A DNA stretch of 64,000 nt. Origin: an uncultured Actinomycetota bacterium. GTDB lineage: Bacteria > Actinomycetota > Actinomycetes > Mycobacteriales > SCTD01. Shown here one piece after another: positions 10,675 to 20,149 of this stretch (the stretch's first letter is position 1; the number at the start of each line of letters is the position of its first letter). The notes under the pieces are model-generated. The model saw only the letters and a program-made list of their open reading frames with translations, was not told the DNA's origin and did not search any database. The position numbers and the translations under genes were made by a program. The DNA lies in the NCBI GenBank assembly GCA_963815615.1, contig CAWFHF010000006.1, positions 135,870-199,869 on the forward strand, read 5' to 3'.

Positions 10675-11733
10675 TCAGCCCCCGTCCGCGACCTCGGCGT
10701 GGACCGCCCGCACCCCGGCCACCATCGCCCCGGGGCTGAACAGGGAGAGCGCGCGGGCGCGGCCGGCAGCACCGAGCCGGGCCCGGCGCTCCGGGTCGTC
10801 GAGCAGCGCGGCCAGCGCCGCGTGCAGCGCTCCAGCGTCCTCCGGCGGCACGAGGACCCCCGTGTCGCCGAGCACCTCGGGCAGCCCGTCGACGTCGCTG
10901 GCCACCACGGGCACCCCCGCGTGCATGGCCTCGACGGCGACCAGCCCGAAGGCCTCGAACCGGCTCGGGACAGCCAGGACGTCGAACGCCCCGACCAGGG
11001 CGGCGGCGTCGTCGCGCGGCCCGAGCAGCTCCAGGCCCCCGGCGCGGGCCAACGGTCCGTGGAGCGGTCCGTCGCCCACGACGACCACCCGGGCCTGCGG
11101 GTGCGTCCCGCGCAGCAGGCGGCCGGCCTCGGCCAGGACCTCCCAGCCCTTCTGCTCGCGCAGCCGCCCCACGCCGCCGACCACCAGGGCGTCCGGCGGC
11201 AGCCCGAGGCGGGCGCGGGGGTCCGGGTCGAGGGGGACGGGGTCGAGGCCGTTGTGCACGACGGACGTGCGCGCCCCGGCCGCCCGGGCGTGCCTCCCGA
11301 CCGCCTCGGAGACCGCGACGACCCGGTCGGCCTGCCGCAGGACGAGCCCGGACAGCCGCTCCCGCCACGCCGCGGTCCCCGGGATGGCGTTGTGCAGGAC
11401 GGCGACGACCGGCACGCCCAGACCCCGCACGGCCGCCACCAGCACCAGGCCGTCGCCCTGGTCGGTGAGGTTCAGGTGCACCACGTCGGGGCGGGAGGCC
11501 CGCACCGCCCGCCGGACGGCAAGCGCCGCTGCCGGCGAGGGGCGCCGGGCCAGCCCCGGCACGGCGACGACCGGACCGAACGGCGCCAGGCGGCCCGCGA
11601 CCTGCGGGTCGGCCTGCTCGGGGAGCACGATCGCGACCTCGTCCCCGGCTGCGGTCATGCCCTGCAGCAGGACCTCGAGGGCCCGCTCCGCCCCGGCGAA
11701 CAGCACGGCGTCGAGCAGGACGGCGACCCTCAC
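10675..11733 (-). CDS. Family 4 (GT-B) glycosyltransferase
   Basis: ORF 10675..11838 contains VGGVGRLREQKG..FDVLAVPSRFEAFGLVAVEAMHAGVPVVASDVDGLPEV. The GTG at 11733 overlaps the upstream stop (GTGA). Confidence 0.85.
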   Translation of the reverse strand: MRVAVLLDAVLFAGAERALEVLLQGMTAAGDEVAIVLPEQADPQVAGRLAPFGPVVAVPGLARRPSPAAALAVRRAVRASRPDVVHLNLTDQGDGLVLVAAVRGLGVPVVAVLHNAIPGTAAWRERLSGLVLRQADRVVAVSEAVGRHARAAGARTSVVHNGLDPVPLDPDPRARLGLPPDALVVGGVGRLREQKGWEVLAEAGRLLRGTHPQARVVVVGDGPLHGPLARAGGLELLGPRDDAAALVGAFDVLAVPSRFEAFGLVAVEAMHAGVPVVASDVDGLPEVLGDTGVLVPPEDAGALHAALAALLDDPERRARLGAAGRARALSLFSPGAMVAGVRAVHAEVADGG

Positions 11734-12872
11734 CCGGCGCTCCCGCGGTCGATCTTCGGCCAGAGCGCGCCGCTGTCGGAGGACCGGAGCCAGCGCCAGG
11801 TGCCGCCCACGCCCACGGCCTGCAGGAACGCGACCCACCCGGCTGCCGCCAGCGGCCCGGGCAGGACCGCACCGCGGGCGGTCGCGACCGCCGCGCCGGC
11901 AGCAGCGGCGTTGCCCGCGACGAAGAGCGCGGCCGGCACCCGACCGGCGCCCGGGCGGACGGCGCGCTGCGCGGCCAGCACCAGGAGCGCGGCGTGCGCC
12001 AGCGGACCGGCGCTCACGCGCACCAGCCGGTGACCCCAGAGCTGCGCCGCGACGACGTCAGCGCGCAGCAGGGCGCGCCGACGCTCGGCGAGCACGCTGA
12101 GCATCCCGGCGACGACGCGGGTCCGGCGCTCCCACTCCTCGCGCGCGGTCGGGCTGGCGTCCTCGAAGGCCCGCGCCTGCGGCTCGTAGGCGACGCGCAG
12201 CCCCTGCTCCAGGACGTCGAGGGCGATCCAGAGGTCGTCGACGGGCACGTGCGCCGGCACGTCGCGCCAGACCGAGCGCCGGACGGCGGCGACCTCGCCG
12301 ACGAGGCCCACCGTGCCCCCCAGGCGGTCCTCGCACCGCTTGAGCCAGGACTCGAAGCGCCAGTAGGCGCCCTGCCCGCCGCCCCGCACCGCCTTCTCGC
12401 CGGCCACCGCACCGACGTGCGGGTCGGCGAACCAGCGCGCCAGCGCGGCGAGGGCTCCCTGCTCGAGCTCGGTGTTGGCGTCGGTGAGCACGACGACGTC
12501 GCCGGTGGCCGCGGCCACGCCGTGCCCGAGCGCCGCGGACTTGCCTCGCCGCGCCGCCGACGCGACCACGACCGCTCCGGCGGCGCGGGCCGCCTCCGCG
12601 GTCGCAGGGTCGTCCGCGACGACGACGACCTCGAGCGGACCGGGGTAGCCGTTGCCGAGGGTGTCCGCGACCTTGCCGGCGATGACGTCGGCCTCGAGGT
12701 AGGCGGCCACGACCACGCTGACGGCCGGCCAGTCCGCGTCGTCGGGGGGCGCGAGCGCGGGCCTCCGTCGGGCGGCCAGCGTCAGCGCGACGGGGTACAG
12801 CACGGGCCCCGCGGCGGCGACGGCCAGCAGCCCGGCGACGGCGGCCCGCTCCGCGGGACGGGTGCTGCTCAT
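11730..12872 (-). CDS. Family 2 glycosyltransferase, membrane-anchored
   Basis: Intact 380-aa ORF with VSVVVAAYLEADVIAGKV..VVVVADD..VVVLTDANT..EEWERRTR plus flanking TM helices. Confidence 0.85.
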   Translation of the reverse strand: MSSTRPAERAAVAGLLAVAAAGPVLYPVALTLAARRRPALAPPDDADWPAVSVVVAAYLEADVIAGKVADTLGNGYPGPLEVVVVADDPATAEAARAAGAVVVASAARRGKSAALGHGVAAATGDVVVLTDANTELEQGALAALARWFADPHVGAVAGEKAVRGGGQGAYWRFESWLKRCEDRLGGTVGLVGEVAAVRRSVWRDVPAHVPVDDLWIALDVLEQGLRVAYEPQARAFEDASPTAREEWERRTRVVAGMLSVLAERRRALLRADVVAAQLWGHRLVRVSAGPLAHAALLVLAAQRAVRPGAGRVPAALFVAGNAAAAGAAVATARGAVLPGPLAAAGWVAFLQAVGVGGTWRWLRSSDSGALWPKIDRGSAG

Positions 12873-12903
12873 GCGGCAGAGCCTGGCGCACGGTCCGCGG
12901 GGC

Positions 12904-14055
12904 TCACGCGCCCCCGTCCCGCAGGCGGGGGCCGAACAGCTCCCGGTAGGCCGCGCCGGCCTCGGGGAAGCGCGAGTCCTCGCAGCGCAGGCAGTGGTCG
13001 AGGCTCTCGGTGGTGGTGTCGAAGTAGGACGCGTAGGCGTAGGGGCGGTCCTGCAGCCAGTCCGCGACCCGCCGGACGAAGGCGGCGTCGTCGCCCCCGC
13101 CGTTGTCGCTGCCCTGCAGCCGCAGGAGCAGACCCCACTCCGGCAGGCTCATCGCCTTGCCGTGCGCCGCCGCGAACCCCTCCTGCCAGCGGAGCCCGTA
13201 CCCGGTGCCACCCCCGTCGACCAGGCCGTCGAGCTGGTACTGCCAGCGGCGCTCCTCGTCCCAGTCGAGCCTGTCGGAGGGCCCGGCGTCGTACAGGTCC
13301 AGGCCGACCAGGTCGACGACGTCGTCGCCCGGCCAGGCGGCGGCGGGGTCGCCGGCGGTCGAGCGCTCGTCCTGCAGCAGCAGCCCCCAGTCGACGACGA
13401 AGTGCTGGCCGCGGGCCCCGCGCAGGGCGCGCACGGCGCTCGCGAAGGCCTCGGCGTAGAGGCCGGCCTTGCGGTCGACGGTGTAGCCGTCCTCCGGCTC
13501 GCCGTAGGACCAGGGGAAGGTCGTGGTGTTCGGCTCCCAGCCGATCCGCAGCACGGCGTCGGACTGCCCGGCCTCGACGAGGCGCCGGCCCAGCGCGGCG
13601 AAGTACCGGTCGTGGTCGCCGTCGGCGCCGGCCGCGAGCAGCTCGCCGTTCCCGCCCGCCTCGACCGCCCGCCCGTCGATCGCCGTGGGCAGCAGCGGCA
13701 CGCCGTAGACCACACGCAGGCCGGTGCCCTCCCACCGCTGGAGCGGGTAGCCGGACGACGCGGCGACGGTCGACCAGTCGTCGGCCGACAGGAAGTCGCT
13801 CACGAGGCGGACGTCGGCACCGCCGCCGACCCACTGCTCGAACGCCCGGACGGCGTCGGGGTCGCCCGCCCCCACGTACACGCCCGTGCCGGGCAGGTCC
13901 TCCAGGGCCGCCCCGGTGCTGCCGATGCCGACAGCGCGGAGGCCGACGACGGCCACCGCCGCGACCAGGAGCACCGCCAGAGCCACGAGGCGGGGTCGCC
14001 GAGCGCTCCGGCGGCGCGGAGCAGGCACCGGGAGGGGGTCGGACGACATGCGCAC
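12904..14055 (-). CDS. Secreted GH26-like glycoside hydrolase (paralogue 2)
   Basis: Intact 383-aa ORF with an N-terminal TM/signal anchor, then LRIGWEPNTTTFPW and MSLPEWGLLL. It is colinear with the 3548..4883 gene. Confidence 0.8.
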   Translation of the reverse strand: MRMSSDPLPVPAPRRRSARRPRLVALAVLLVAAVAVVGLRAVGIGSTGAALEDLPGTGVYVGAGDPDAVRAFEQWVGGGADVRLVSDFLSADDWSTVAASSGYPLQRWEGTGLRVVYGVPLLPTAIDGRAVEAGGNGELLAAGADGDHDRYFAALGRRLVEAGQSDAVLRIGWEPNTTTFPWSYGEPEDGYTVDRKAGLYAEAFASAVRALRGARGQHFVVDWGLLLQDERSTAGDPAAAWPGDDVVDLVGLDLYDAGPSDRLDWDEERRWQYQLDGLVDGGGTGYGLRWQEGFAAAHGKAMSLPEWGLLLRLQGSDNGGGDDAAFVRRVADWLQDRPYAYASYFDTTTESLDHCLRCEDSRFPEAGAAYRELFGPRLRDGGA

Positions 14056-14161
14056 AGTGTCGTCGTCGCGCGCCCCTCGTGCCGGGGCTGCCTCCGCCGG
14101 TGCTCCGCCTACGCTGAGCGGGTCGAGGTGTGACCCTGCGTGGTCGGAGCGGCGAGGAGCG

Positions 14162-15679
14162 ATGGCGACGCTGCCGGCGGGCTACGGCCGCAGCACGATC
14201 AGCAACTACGTCACGACGCTGACGAGCATCGTCGTGGCGCTGGTGACGGTGCCCCTGCTCACGCGCGGCCTCGGGCAGGAGGCCTACGGCGTCTGGGTGC
14301 TGGTGGGCGCCACCGTGCTCTACCTCGAGCTGCTGGAGTTCGGCTTCGGCGCCACGACGATCCAGTACGTCTCGGCCGCCCGGGCGCGCGGCGACGACCC
14401 GGGCGTGCGCACCGCGGTCGCGACGTCGTTCTGGCTGCTGGCCGTCCCGGGCGCGGTCGCCCTCGTGCTCGCCCTGGTGCTGGCCGCCGTGTTCCCGCGC
14501 CTGTTCGACGTCGCGCCGGAGCTGGTCGGCCCCACGCGGGTGCTGCTGGTGCTGCTCGCCGTCGACCTCGCGGTCTCCATCCCGAGCGACTGCTTCGGCG
14601 GCACGCTCATCGCCCTGCAGCGCTACGACCTGCTCAACGCCACCCTCGTCTCGGTAGCGGTCCTCCAGGCCGTGGGCTGGGCCGTCGTGATCGCCGCCGG
14701 GGGCGGTCTCGTCGAGCTCGGGATCGTCACCGTGGCCCTGGGCCTCGGCGGCCAGCTGGCCCGCTACCTGCTGTGCCTGCGGCTGCTGCCCGGGCTGTCG
14801 CTGCGCCGGCAGCACGTGTCCCGCGACCTCGTGCGCCCCTACGCCGGGACCTCCGTCTGGTTCGCCCTGTCCGAGATCAGCACCGTGGTCATCGCCCGCA
14901 TCGACACGATCGTGGTCGGGGCCGTCGTCGGTGTCGCCGAGGCGGGCGTGTACGCCGTGGGGCAGAAGCTGGCGCTGCTGGCCGCCCGTGCGTCGAGCCC
15001 GGCCATCGCGGTCCTGTTCCCCCACGGCGCCGCCCTGGCCGCCGCCGACGACGACGAGGGCCTGCGCCGCGGCGCCCTGCTCGGGACCAGGATCTCGGCC
15101 GGCGTCGCGCTCCCGCTCGCGCTCGTGCTCGGCGTGCTGGCCGGTCCCGCCGTCGACGTCTGGGTCGGCCCGGCCTTCGGGGACGCCGCGACGGTGGTCC
15201 TGCTGCTCACTGCCGGCACCGCGGTCGCCGCGGTCGGAGGGGCCGCCCGCACCCTGGTGCTCGGCACCAGCGGTGTGCGGGGCGTCGCTCTCGTGGAGAC
15301 CGGCGAGGCCGCCCTGAACCTCGTTCTCAGCGTGCTGCTCGGCCTGCGCTTCGGGCTGGTCGGCGTGGCCGCCGCGACCCTGGTGGCCGGGGTCCTGAGC
15401 ACCGTGCTCGGCATCGTCCCCTACGCCTGCCACCGCCTCGGGCTGCACCAGCTGGCCCTGTACGTCCTGGTCGTGCGCGGGCACCTGCTGCCGGCCGCCG
15501 TGACCGGGGGCGCGGCCGCGGCGCTGCTCCAGCACGCCGCGCTCGACCGGCTGCTGCCGCTCCTCGCCGCCGGTGCCGGCCTGGGCGCCCTCTACCTGCT
15601 CGTCCTGGCAGCGACCGGCCTGGCCCCCGACGAGCGGGCCCGGGTGCGCGAGCGCGTGCGCCTGCGCGGCGCCGCATGA
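14162..15679 (+). CDS. wzx: Polysaccharide flippase (Wzx, MOP/PST superfamily)
   Basis: ATG at 14162 within ORF 13886..15679. About 505 aa with 12-14 TM helices and an N-terminus (ISNYVTTLTSIVVALVTVPLLTRGLGQEAYGVW) typical of PST flippases. Confidence 0.85.
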   Translation: MATLPAGYGRSTISNYVTTLTSIVVALVTVPLLTRGLGQEAYGVWVLVGATVLYLELLEFGFGATTIQYVSAARARGDDPGVRTAVATSFWLLAVPGAVALVLALVLAAVFPRLFDVAPELVGPTRVLLVLLAVDLAVSIPSDCFGGTLIALQRYDLLNATLVSVAVLQAVGWAVVIAAGGGLVELGIVTVALGLGGQLARYLLCLRLLPGLSLRRQHVSRDLVRPYAGTSVWFALSEISTVVIARIDTIVVGAVVGVAEAGVYAVGQKLALLAARASSPAIAVLFPHGAALAAADDDEGLRRGALLGTRISAGVALPLALVLGVLAGPAVDVWVGPAFGDAATVVLLLTAGTAVAAVGGAARTLVLGTSGVRGVALVETGEAALNLVLSVLLGLRFGLVGVAAATLVAGVLSTVLGIVPYACHRLGLHQLALYVLVVRGHLLPAAVTGGAAAALLQHAALDRLLPLLAAGAGLGALYLLVLAATGLAPDERARVRERVRLRGAA

Positions 15680-17874
15680 GCCGGGTGCTGATGGTCGACC
15701 CCAGCGCCCGGGGCGGCATCGCCAGCTACACCCGCCGCCTCACCGAGGCGCTGTCGGTGGTCGACCAGCCGGTCACGCTGCTGGCCAGCCGCGGCCTGCC
15801 CGAGCCGGCGCCGCTGACCGGCGTGCAGGTCCGGCGCGACCTGCCGGACCACGCCTGGGGCCGCCCGGAGGTCGTCGGGCCCGGCTTCTACGCCCGCCGG
15901 GCCGGGCACGCCCTCGACGCCGCCCAGGCCGTGGCGCGTGCCGTCCGGAGCCTGCGGCCCGACGTCGTCCACCTCCAGCACGGTCTCCACGCCCGCCTGG
16001 ACGCCGCGCTCGTGCGGGCCCTGCGGCGCAGCGCCGCGGTGGTCTGGACCGCCCACGACGTCGTCCCGTTCGAGGGCGACCCGCACGCCGCCCTCGCCCC
16101 GCTGCGCGAGGCCGACCTCGTCCTGGTGCACACCGAGCCGGCGCGGCAGCTGCTGCACGAGCAGGGGGTCGAGGCCCAGGTCGTGGCCCACGTGCCCGCC
16201 GGCGTTCCGGAGGGGGTCGACCCGGTGCAGGACCGGGCCGCCCTGCGCCGCGAGCTGGGGCTGCCGGGGGAGGGCCGGCTGCTGGCCGCCCTCGGCTTCG
16301 TGCGCGACTACAAGGGCTACGCCCTGCTCGCCGACGTGTGGGAGGCGCTCGGCGACGCCGCGCCCTGGCTGCTCGTCGTCGGGCAGCCCTGGGGACCGGC
16401 GGACGAGGAGGTCCTCGACCGGCTCGAGGCCACCGGGCGCGCGGTCGTCCGGCGCGGCTACGCGGACGACGCCGGCCTCGCCCGGGCCGCCCGGGCCGCG
16501 GACGCGCTCCTGCTGCCCCACGTGACGGCGAGCGACAGCGGGCTGCTGCACCTCGCCCGGGCCGTCGGGACGCCCGTGCTCGCCAGCGACGCGCCGCAGC
16601 TGGCGGCGTCCGTGCGGGCCACCGGCGGCGGCGACGTGCTGCCACGGACGGTCCCGGCCTGGTCGGCGGCTGTGGTGGGCGACCTGCCGGCTGCGCCCCC
16701 GGCCGCGGCCCCGCTGGCCGAGACCGGGAGAAGGCACGTCGCGGCGTACGCCGAGGCCGTCCGCCGTCGCGCGCAGGTCCGGCCGCGGCTGCTGCTGTGC
16801 TCCGACGCCCGGGCGTGGGGCGGGGCCGAGGTCGTCGCCGCCCAGCTGCTGCAGGACCTCGCGCCGTCCTGGCACCGCACGGTGCTCGGGGTCGACGCCG
16901 ACGTCGTGGGCCGGCTGCGCGGACGGCACGACCCCGCCGCGGCACGCGTCCTGCGACCGGTCGACGGCAAGCGCGACCTCCGGGGCGTCCTGGCCCACGT
17001 CCGTGCCGTGCGGGCGGCCCGGCCCGACGTCGTGCTGCTCAACCTGCAGGTCCCGTGGGCCGGGCAGTACGCGCTGCTGGCGGCCGGCCTGCTGCCCGGC
17101 GTCCCCGTCGTCGCCGTGGAGCACTGCCCGCTGCCGACGTCCAGCGCCGTCCAGCGCGCGGTCAAGCGGTGGGGAGCGCGCCGCCTCGCGGCCCACGTCG
17201 CGGTCAGCACGGCCGCCGCCCGACGCACCGAGGAGGTGACCGGCCTGCCCCGCGGCAGCGTCGGGGTCCTGCGCAACGGCGTGGTCCGGCCGCCGTCCGT
17301 CGAGCCCGACCCCCTGCCAGCAGGGCTCGCGCGGCCGGTGGTCGTCGCCGTCGGCCGGCTCGACCCCGTGAAGGGGTTCGACGTGCTCCTGCGCGCGCTG
17401 GCGCAGGTCCCCGACGCGTCGCTCTGGCTGCTGGGTGAGGGCGAGGAGCGGGAGGCCCTGGAGGCCCTGGCCGTCGAGCTCGGCGTGCAGGGACGCGTGC
17501 TGCTGCACGGCTGGCACGACGCGCCCCTGCGGGCGCTGGCCGCCGCGGACGTCGCCGCGCTGCCCAGCCGCTACGAGTCCTCGCCCTTCGTGGTCGCGGA
17601 GGCCCTGCTGATGGGGGTCCCGCTGGTGGCCAGCGACGTCGGCGGCGTGCACGAGCTGGCGGGGGAGGGGGCCGTGCTCGTCCCGCCGGACGACCCCGCT
17701 GCGCTGGCCGCAGCCCTCCGGGCGCTGCTCACCTTCCCGGAGGCGCGGGAGGGGCTGCGCGAGCGGGCCCGCTCGGCCGCGGACGCGCTGCCGACGACGG
17801 AGCAGGCGGCCGCGGCCTACGACCAGCTGTTGCGCGGGCTGCTGGGGTCGCGGAGGACCCACCAGGCCTCGTAG
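15676..17874 (+). CDS. Two-domain GT4-GT4 fusion glycosyltransferase (732 aa)
   Basis: ATG at 15676 overlaps the wzx stop (ATGA), in the frame of ORF 14140..17874. The first GT-B module runs MSRVLMVDPSARGGIASY..LLPHVTASDSGLLHLARAVGTPVLASD. The second runs RLLLCSDARAWGGAEVV..AALPSRYESSPFVVAEALLMGVPLVASDVGGVHEL. Confidence 0.8.
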   Translation: MSRVLMVDPSARGGIASYTRRLTEALSVVDQPVTLLASRGLPEPAPLTGVQVRRDLPDHAWGRPEVVGPGFYARRAGHALDAAQAVARAVRSLRPDVVHLQHGLHARLDAALVRALRRSAAVVWTAHDVVPFEGDPHAALAPLREADLVLVHTEPARQLLHEQGVEAQVVAHVPAGVPEGVDPVQDRAALRRELGLPGEGRLLAALGFVRDYKGYALLADVWEALGDAAPWLLVVGQPWGPADEEVLDRLEATGRAVVRRGYADDAGLARAARAADALLLPHVTASDSGLLHLARAVGTPVLASDAPQLAASVRATGGGDVLPRTVPAWSAAVVGDLPAAPPAAAPLAETGRRHVAAYAEAVRRRAQVRPRLLLCSDARAWGGAEVVAAQLLQDLAPSWHRTVLGVDADVVGRLRGRHDPAAARVLRPVDGKRDLRGVLAHVRAVRAARPDVVLLNLQVPWAGQYALLAAGLLPGVPVVAVEHCPLPTSSAVQRAVKRWGARRLAAHVAVSTAAARRTEEVTGLPRGSVGVLRNGVVRPPSVEPDPLPAGLARPVVVAVGRLDPVKGFDVLLRALAQVPDASLWLLGEGEEREALEALAVELGVQGRVLLHGWHDAPLRALAAADVAALPSRYESSPFVVAEALLMGVPLVASDVGGVHELAGEGAVLVPPDDPAALAAALRALLTFPEAREGLRERARSAADALPTTEQAAAAYDQLLRGLLGSRRTHQAS

Positions 17875-18620
17875 GCCATCGCCTGCCGCAGGGTCCACGT
17901 GCCGTGCGGCCCGTAGGTGAGCTGGTCGAGCTGCTCGCGGTAGGGCTGCAACGCGGCGAGCTTGGCGTCGAGCTGCTCCTCGCCGAGGCCCACGACCTGG
18001 TGGGGCAGGCCCCGTGGCAGCCGGAGCTTCGCGAGCGCGGAGGACCACTGGGTGGCCATGTCGTCGCGACGGCGGCGGAGCACATGGCGGGTCCACGCGT
18101 ACGGGAAGCGGGGCGTTCCGCCGCCCTCCACCCAGGCGGGCCAGCCCCAGCCGCAGGCGTACGGCTGGTCGGCGAACACGCGCACCCGCGGCGGGGCGGG
18201 CGAGCCCTCGACGGCCTGCAGGGCCGCGCGGGCGGTGAGCCGGTGGTCCACGTGCAGGCCCAGGCCGACCGGGATCCAGACCTCCTCGCTCTCCCGCAGG
18301 ACGGGTCGCAGCTGCTCGGTCAGGGCCGCGAGGGTGCCGCCGTCGCCCGCGCTGCGGTCGCGGTAGTCGACGTCGAGGTGGTCGAGGTGGACGGCGCGGG
18401 CGCCGCACGCGGCCAGGGCGCGCACGTCGGCGTCCCGGCGCGCGAGGGCGGCGTCGGCGGGGTCGGAGTAGCCGCACCGGGCGTCCCAGGCCGCCACCGG
18501 CCGGCCGCGCTCGGGCACGCCGGCGAAGCAGGTCACGGCCTGCGCCTCGGGGGCGGCCGTGAGCACGGACCAGACGCTGAGCACGGCGTCGTCCAGGTGC
18601 GGTGACACCACGGTCAGCAC
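17817..18620 (-). CDS. PIG-L/LmbE family deacetylase
   Basis: Intact 267-aa ORF containing VVSPHLDDAVLS and HVDH. Its 3' end overlaps the convergent GT gene by 58 nt. Confidence 0.85.
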   Translation of the reverse strand: MLTVVSPHLDDAVLSVWSVLTAAPEAQAVTCFAGVPERGRPVAAWDARCGYSDPADAALARRDADVRALAACGARAVHLDHLDVDYRDRSAGDGGTLAALTEQLRPVLRESEEVWIPVGLGLHVDHRLTARAALQAVEGSPAPPRVRVFADQPYACGWGWPAWVEGGGTPRFPYAWTRHVLRRRRDDMATQWSSALAKLRLPRGLPHQVVGLGEEQLDAKLAALQPYREQLDQLTYGPHGTWTLRQAMAYEAWWVLRDPSSPRNSWS

Positions 18621-18640
18621 GTCGGGTGCTCCTCTCTCCA

Positions 18641-18680
18641 GGTGGTCAGGACGGGCTCCAGGTGGTCAGGACGGGCTCCA
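18641..18680. repeat. Perfect 20-bp tandem duplication GGTGGTCAGGACGGGCTCCA x2 (followed by a partial GGGTCAGGGG)
   Basis: Read directly in the 81-bp spacer between the kinase-like gene stop (18702) and the PIG-L start (18620). Confidence 0.9.
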
Positions 18681-18701
18681 GGGTCAGGGGGCGCCCGGTG
18701 G

Positions 18702-20090
18702 TCAGCGGGCGCCCCAGTCCGTCAGCGCGGGCCAGGAGGCGCCGAGCGACGGGTCGGTCAGCCACGCCTGCGCCAGTTGCGCCGCCGGCGGGGGCTCGCC
18801 GCCGACGAGCGGTCCGCCCTGGGCAGCGTGGTGCATCCAGGTGGCCAGGGCGAGGGCGCCCACGGCCTCTTCCCCCACCCCGCAGGCGCGGGCCGCCCGG
18901 CGCAGGGCGGCGAACAGCAGGCCCGACGCCGGGAGCAGGCCGCGGTGCAGGTCGAGCGCGTGGCGGGTCCGCTCGGCGGTGGTGCGGGCGCCGTCGAGGG
19001 CGCCGAGGCCGTCGGTGAGCAGGTACAGCAGGTCGGACAGGGGCAGGCCGTACCCGCCGTCCTCCCAGTCGAGGACCGTGAAGAGGCCGGCCCGGTCGAC
19101 CACGACGTTCCAGGTGCCCAGGTCGGCGTGCACGAAGACCGCCGGCAGCGCCGCCAGGCGCGCCCGGGCAGGTCCCGGCAGCCCGTCGGGCAACCGCGCA
19201 GGCTCCGCCCTCCTGGTCGTCCGGGCGACGTCGGCCAGCCACTCCTCCATGTCGCGCAGGAGCTGCAGGCCCTCGGCCCGCCGCGCAGGCGTCTGGAGGA
19301 CCCACAGGAGCAGACCGCCGCTGCCCTGCGACTGCGCCAGCCAGGACAGCACGGGCCCTCCCGCCGGGCCGGCGAGCTCCCCGGTGCCCGACAGGCGCGG
19401 GCTGCGCCGGGCCACGGCCGGCAGGGCCGCGACCTGTCGCAGCGCGTGCGCCTCCTGCACGCCGGACGGCCGCAGGCCGGGGGCGCGCTCCACCTTGACC
19501 GCCGTGCGCCGGCCGGGCACCACCGCCACCACCCGGTTGCCGTCGACCTGCCCCCGGTAGGCGACCACGCACGGGCCGGCGACACCCGCGGCCTCCGCGA
19601 GGGCCGGCCAGCCGCCGCCGGGGCTCCACACGCAGGCGACGGGCAGGGGCGGCAGGGCTCCCAGGTCCAGGCAGCGCCGCACGACGGCGTTGCGCACCTG
19701 CTGCGCGCGGGACTGCGCACCCACCATGTCGACGAGCCCGGCGCGGCTGGCCGCCGGTGCGCGGGCGGGGACTGCGAGGGAGGGCCCCGCCGGCCCGGGC
19801 AGCAGCAGCCAGTCGCGCCCCCGCAGACCGGCGCGGGCCAGCGCCCGGCGCCCGGTCGCTCCGCGGCCGAGGACGACGAGGCCGCCGCCCGGGCGACCCG
19901 CGCCCACCACCGACGCGGGGTCGCACAGCACCGCGTCCGGCTCCCGGTCGGCCCCCACGACCTCGTGGCCGGCCGCGCGCAGGCCGTGGGCGAGAGAGGG
20001 CGGCAGGCCCAGCACCGCGACGCGCGCCGGCCAGGACGGCAGCAGGAACCGGAGGTCGGCGGCGCGCAGCGGGGCGACCGTCGGTTCCAC
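18702..20090 (-). CDS. Phosphotransferase (aminoglycoside-phosphotransferase/choline-kinase fold) with an N-terminal Rossmann-like extension
   Basis: ORF 18702..20147 contains VFVHADLGTWNVVVDRAGLFTVLDWEDGG (Brenner/APH motif). The start is uncertain: GTG at 20090, 20108 or 20147. Confidence 0.7.
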   Translation of the reverse strand: MEPTVAPLRAADLRFLLPSWPARVAVLGLPPSLAHGLRAAGHEVVGADREPDAVLCDPASVVGAGRPGGGLVVLGRGATGRRALARAGLRGRDWLLLPGPAGPSLAVPARAPAASRAGLVDMVGAQSRAQQVRNAVVRRCLDLGALPPLPVACVWSPGGGWPALAEAAGVAGPCVVAYRGQVDGNRVVAVVPGRRTAVKVERAPGLRPSGVQEAHALRQVAALPAVARRSPRLSGTGELAGPAGGPVLSWLAQSQGSGGLLLWVLQTPARRAEGLQLLRDMEEWLADVARTTRRAEPARLPDGLPGPARARLAALPAVFVHADLGTWNVVVDRAGLFTVLDWEDGGYGLPLSDLLYLLTDGLGALDGARTTAERTRHALDLHRGLLPASGLLFAALRRAARACGVGEEAVGALALATWMHHAAQGGPLVGGEPPPAAQLAQAWLTDPSLGASWPALTDWGAR

Positions 20091-20149
20091 CTCGTGATCC
20101 TCGCGCACCGGGGCAAGGCGGCAGGCGCTCCGCCCCGTAGCGTGCACCC

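Noticed and set aside
15592-18477. 961-aa minus-strand ORF, plus the long N-terminal extension of ORF 14140..17874
   Set aside because: It is antisense or out of frame to the clearly real wzx, GT4-GT4 and PIG-L genes, and it is Arg/Pro-rich with no motifs. The same reasoning was applied to 5904..7931, 7873..10446 upstream of 9466, 10193..12100, 11994..14117, 12869..15535, 24058..25773, 27394..29811, 39356..42409, 39778..42480, 50362..52401 and 51735..55463.
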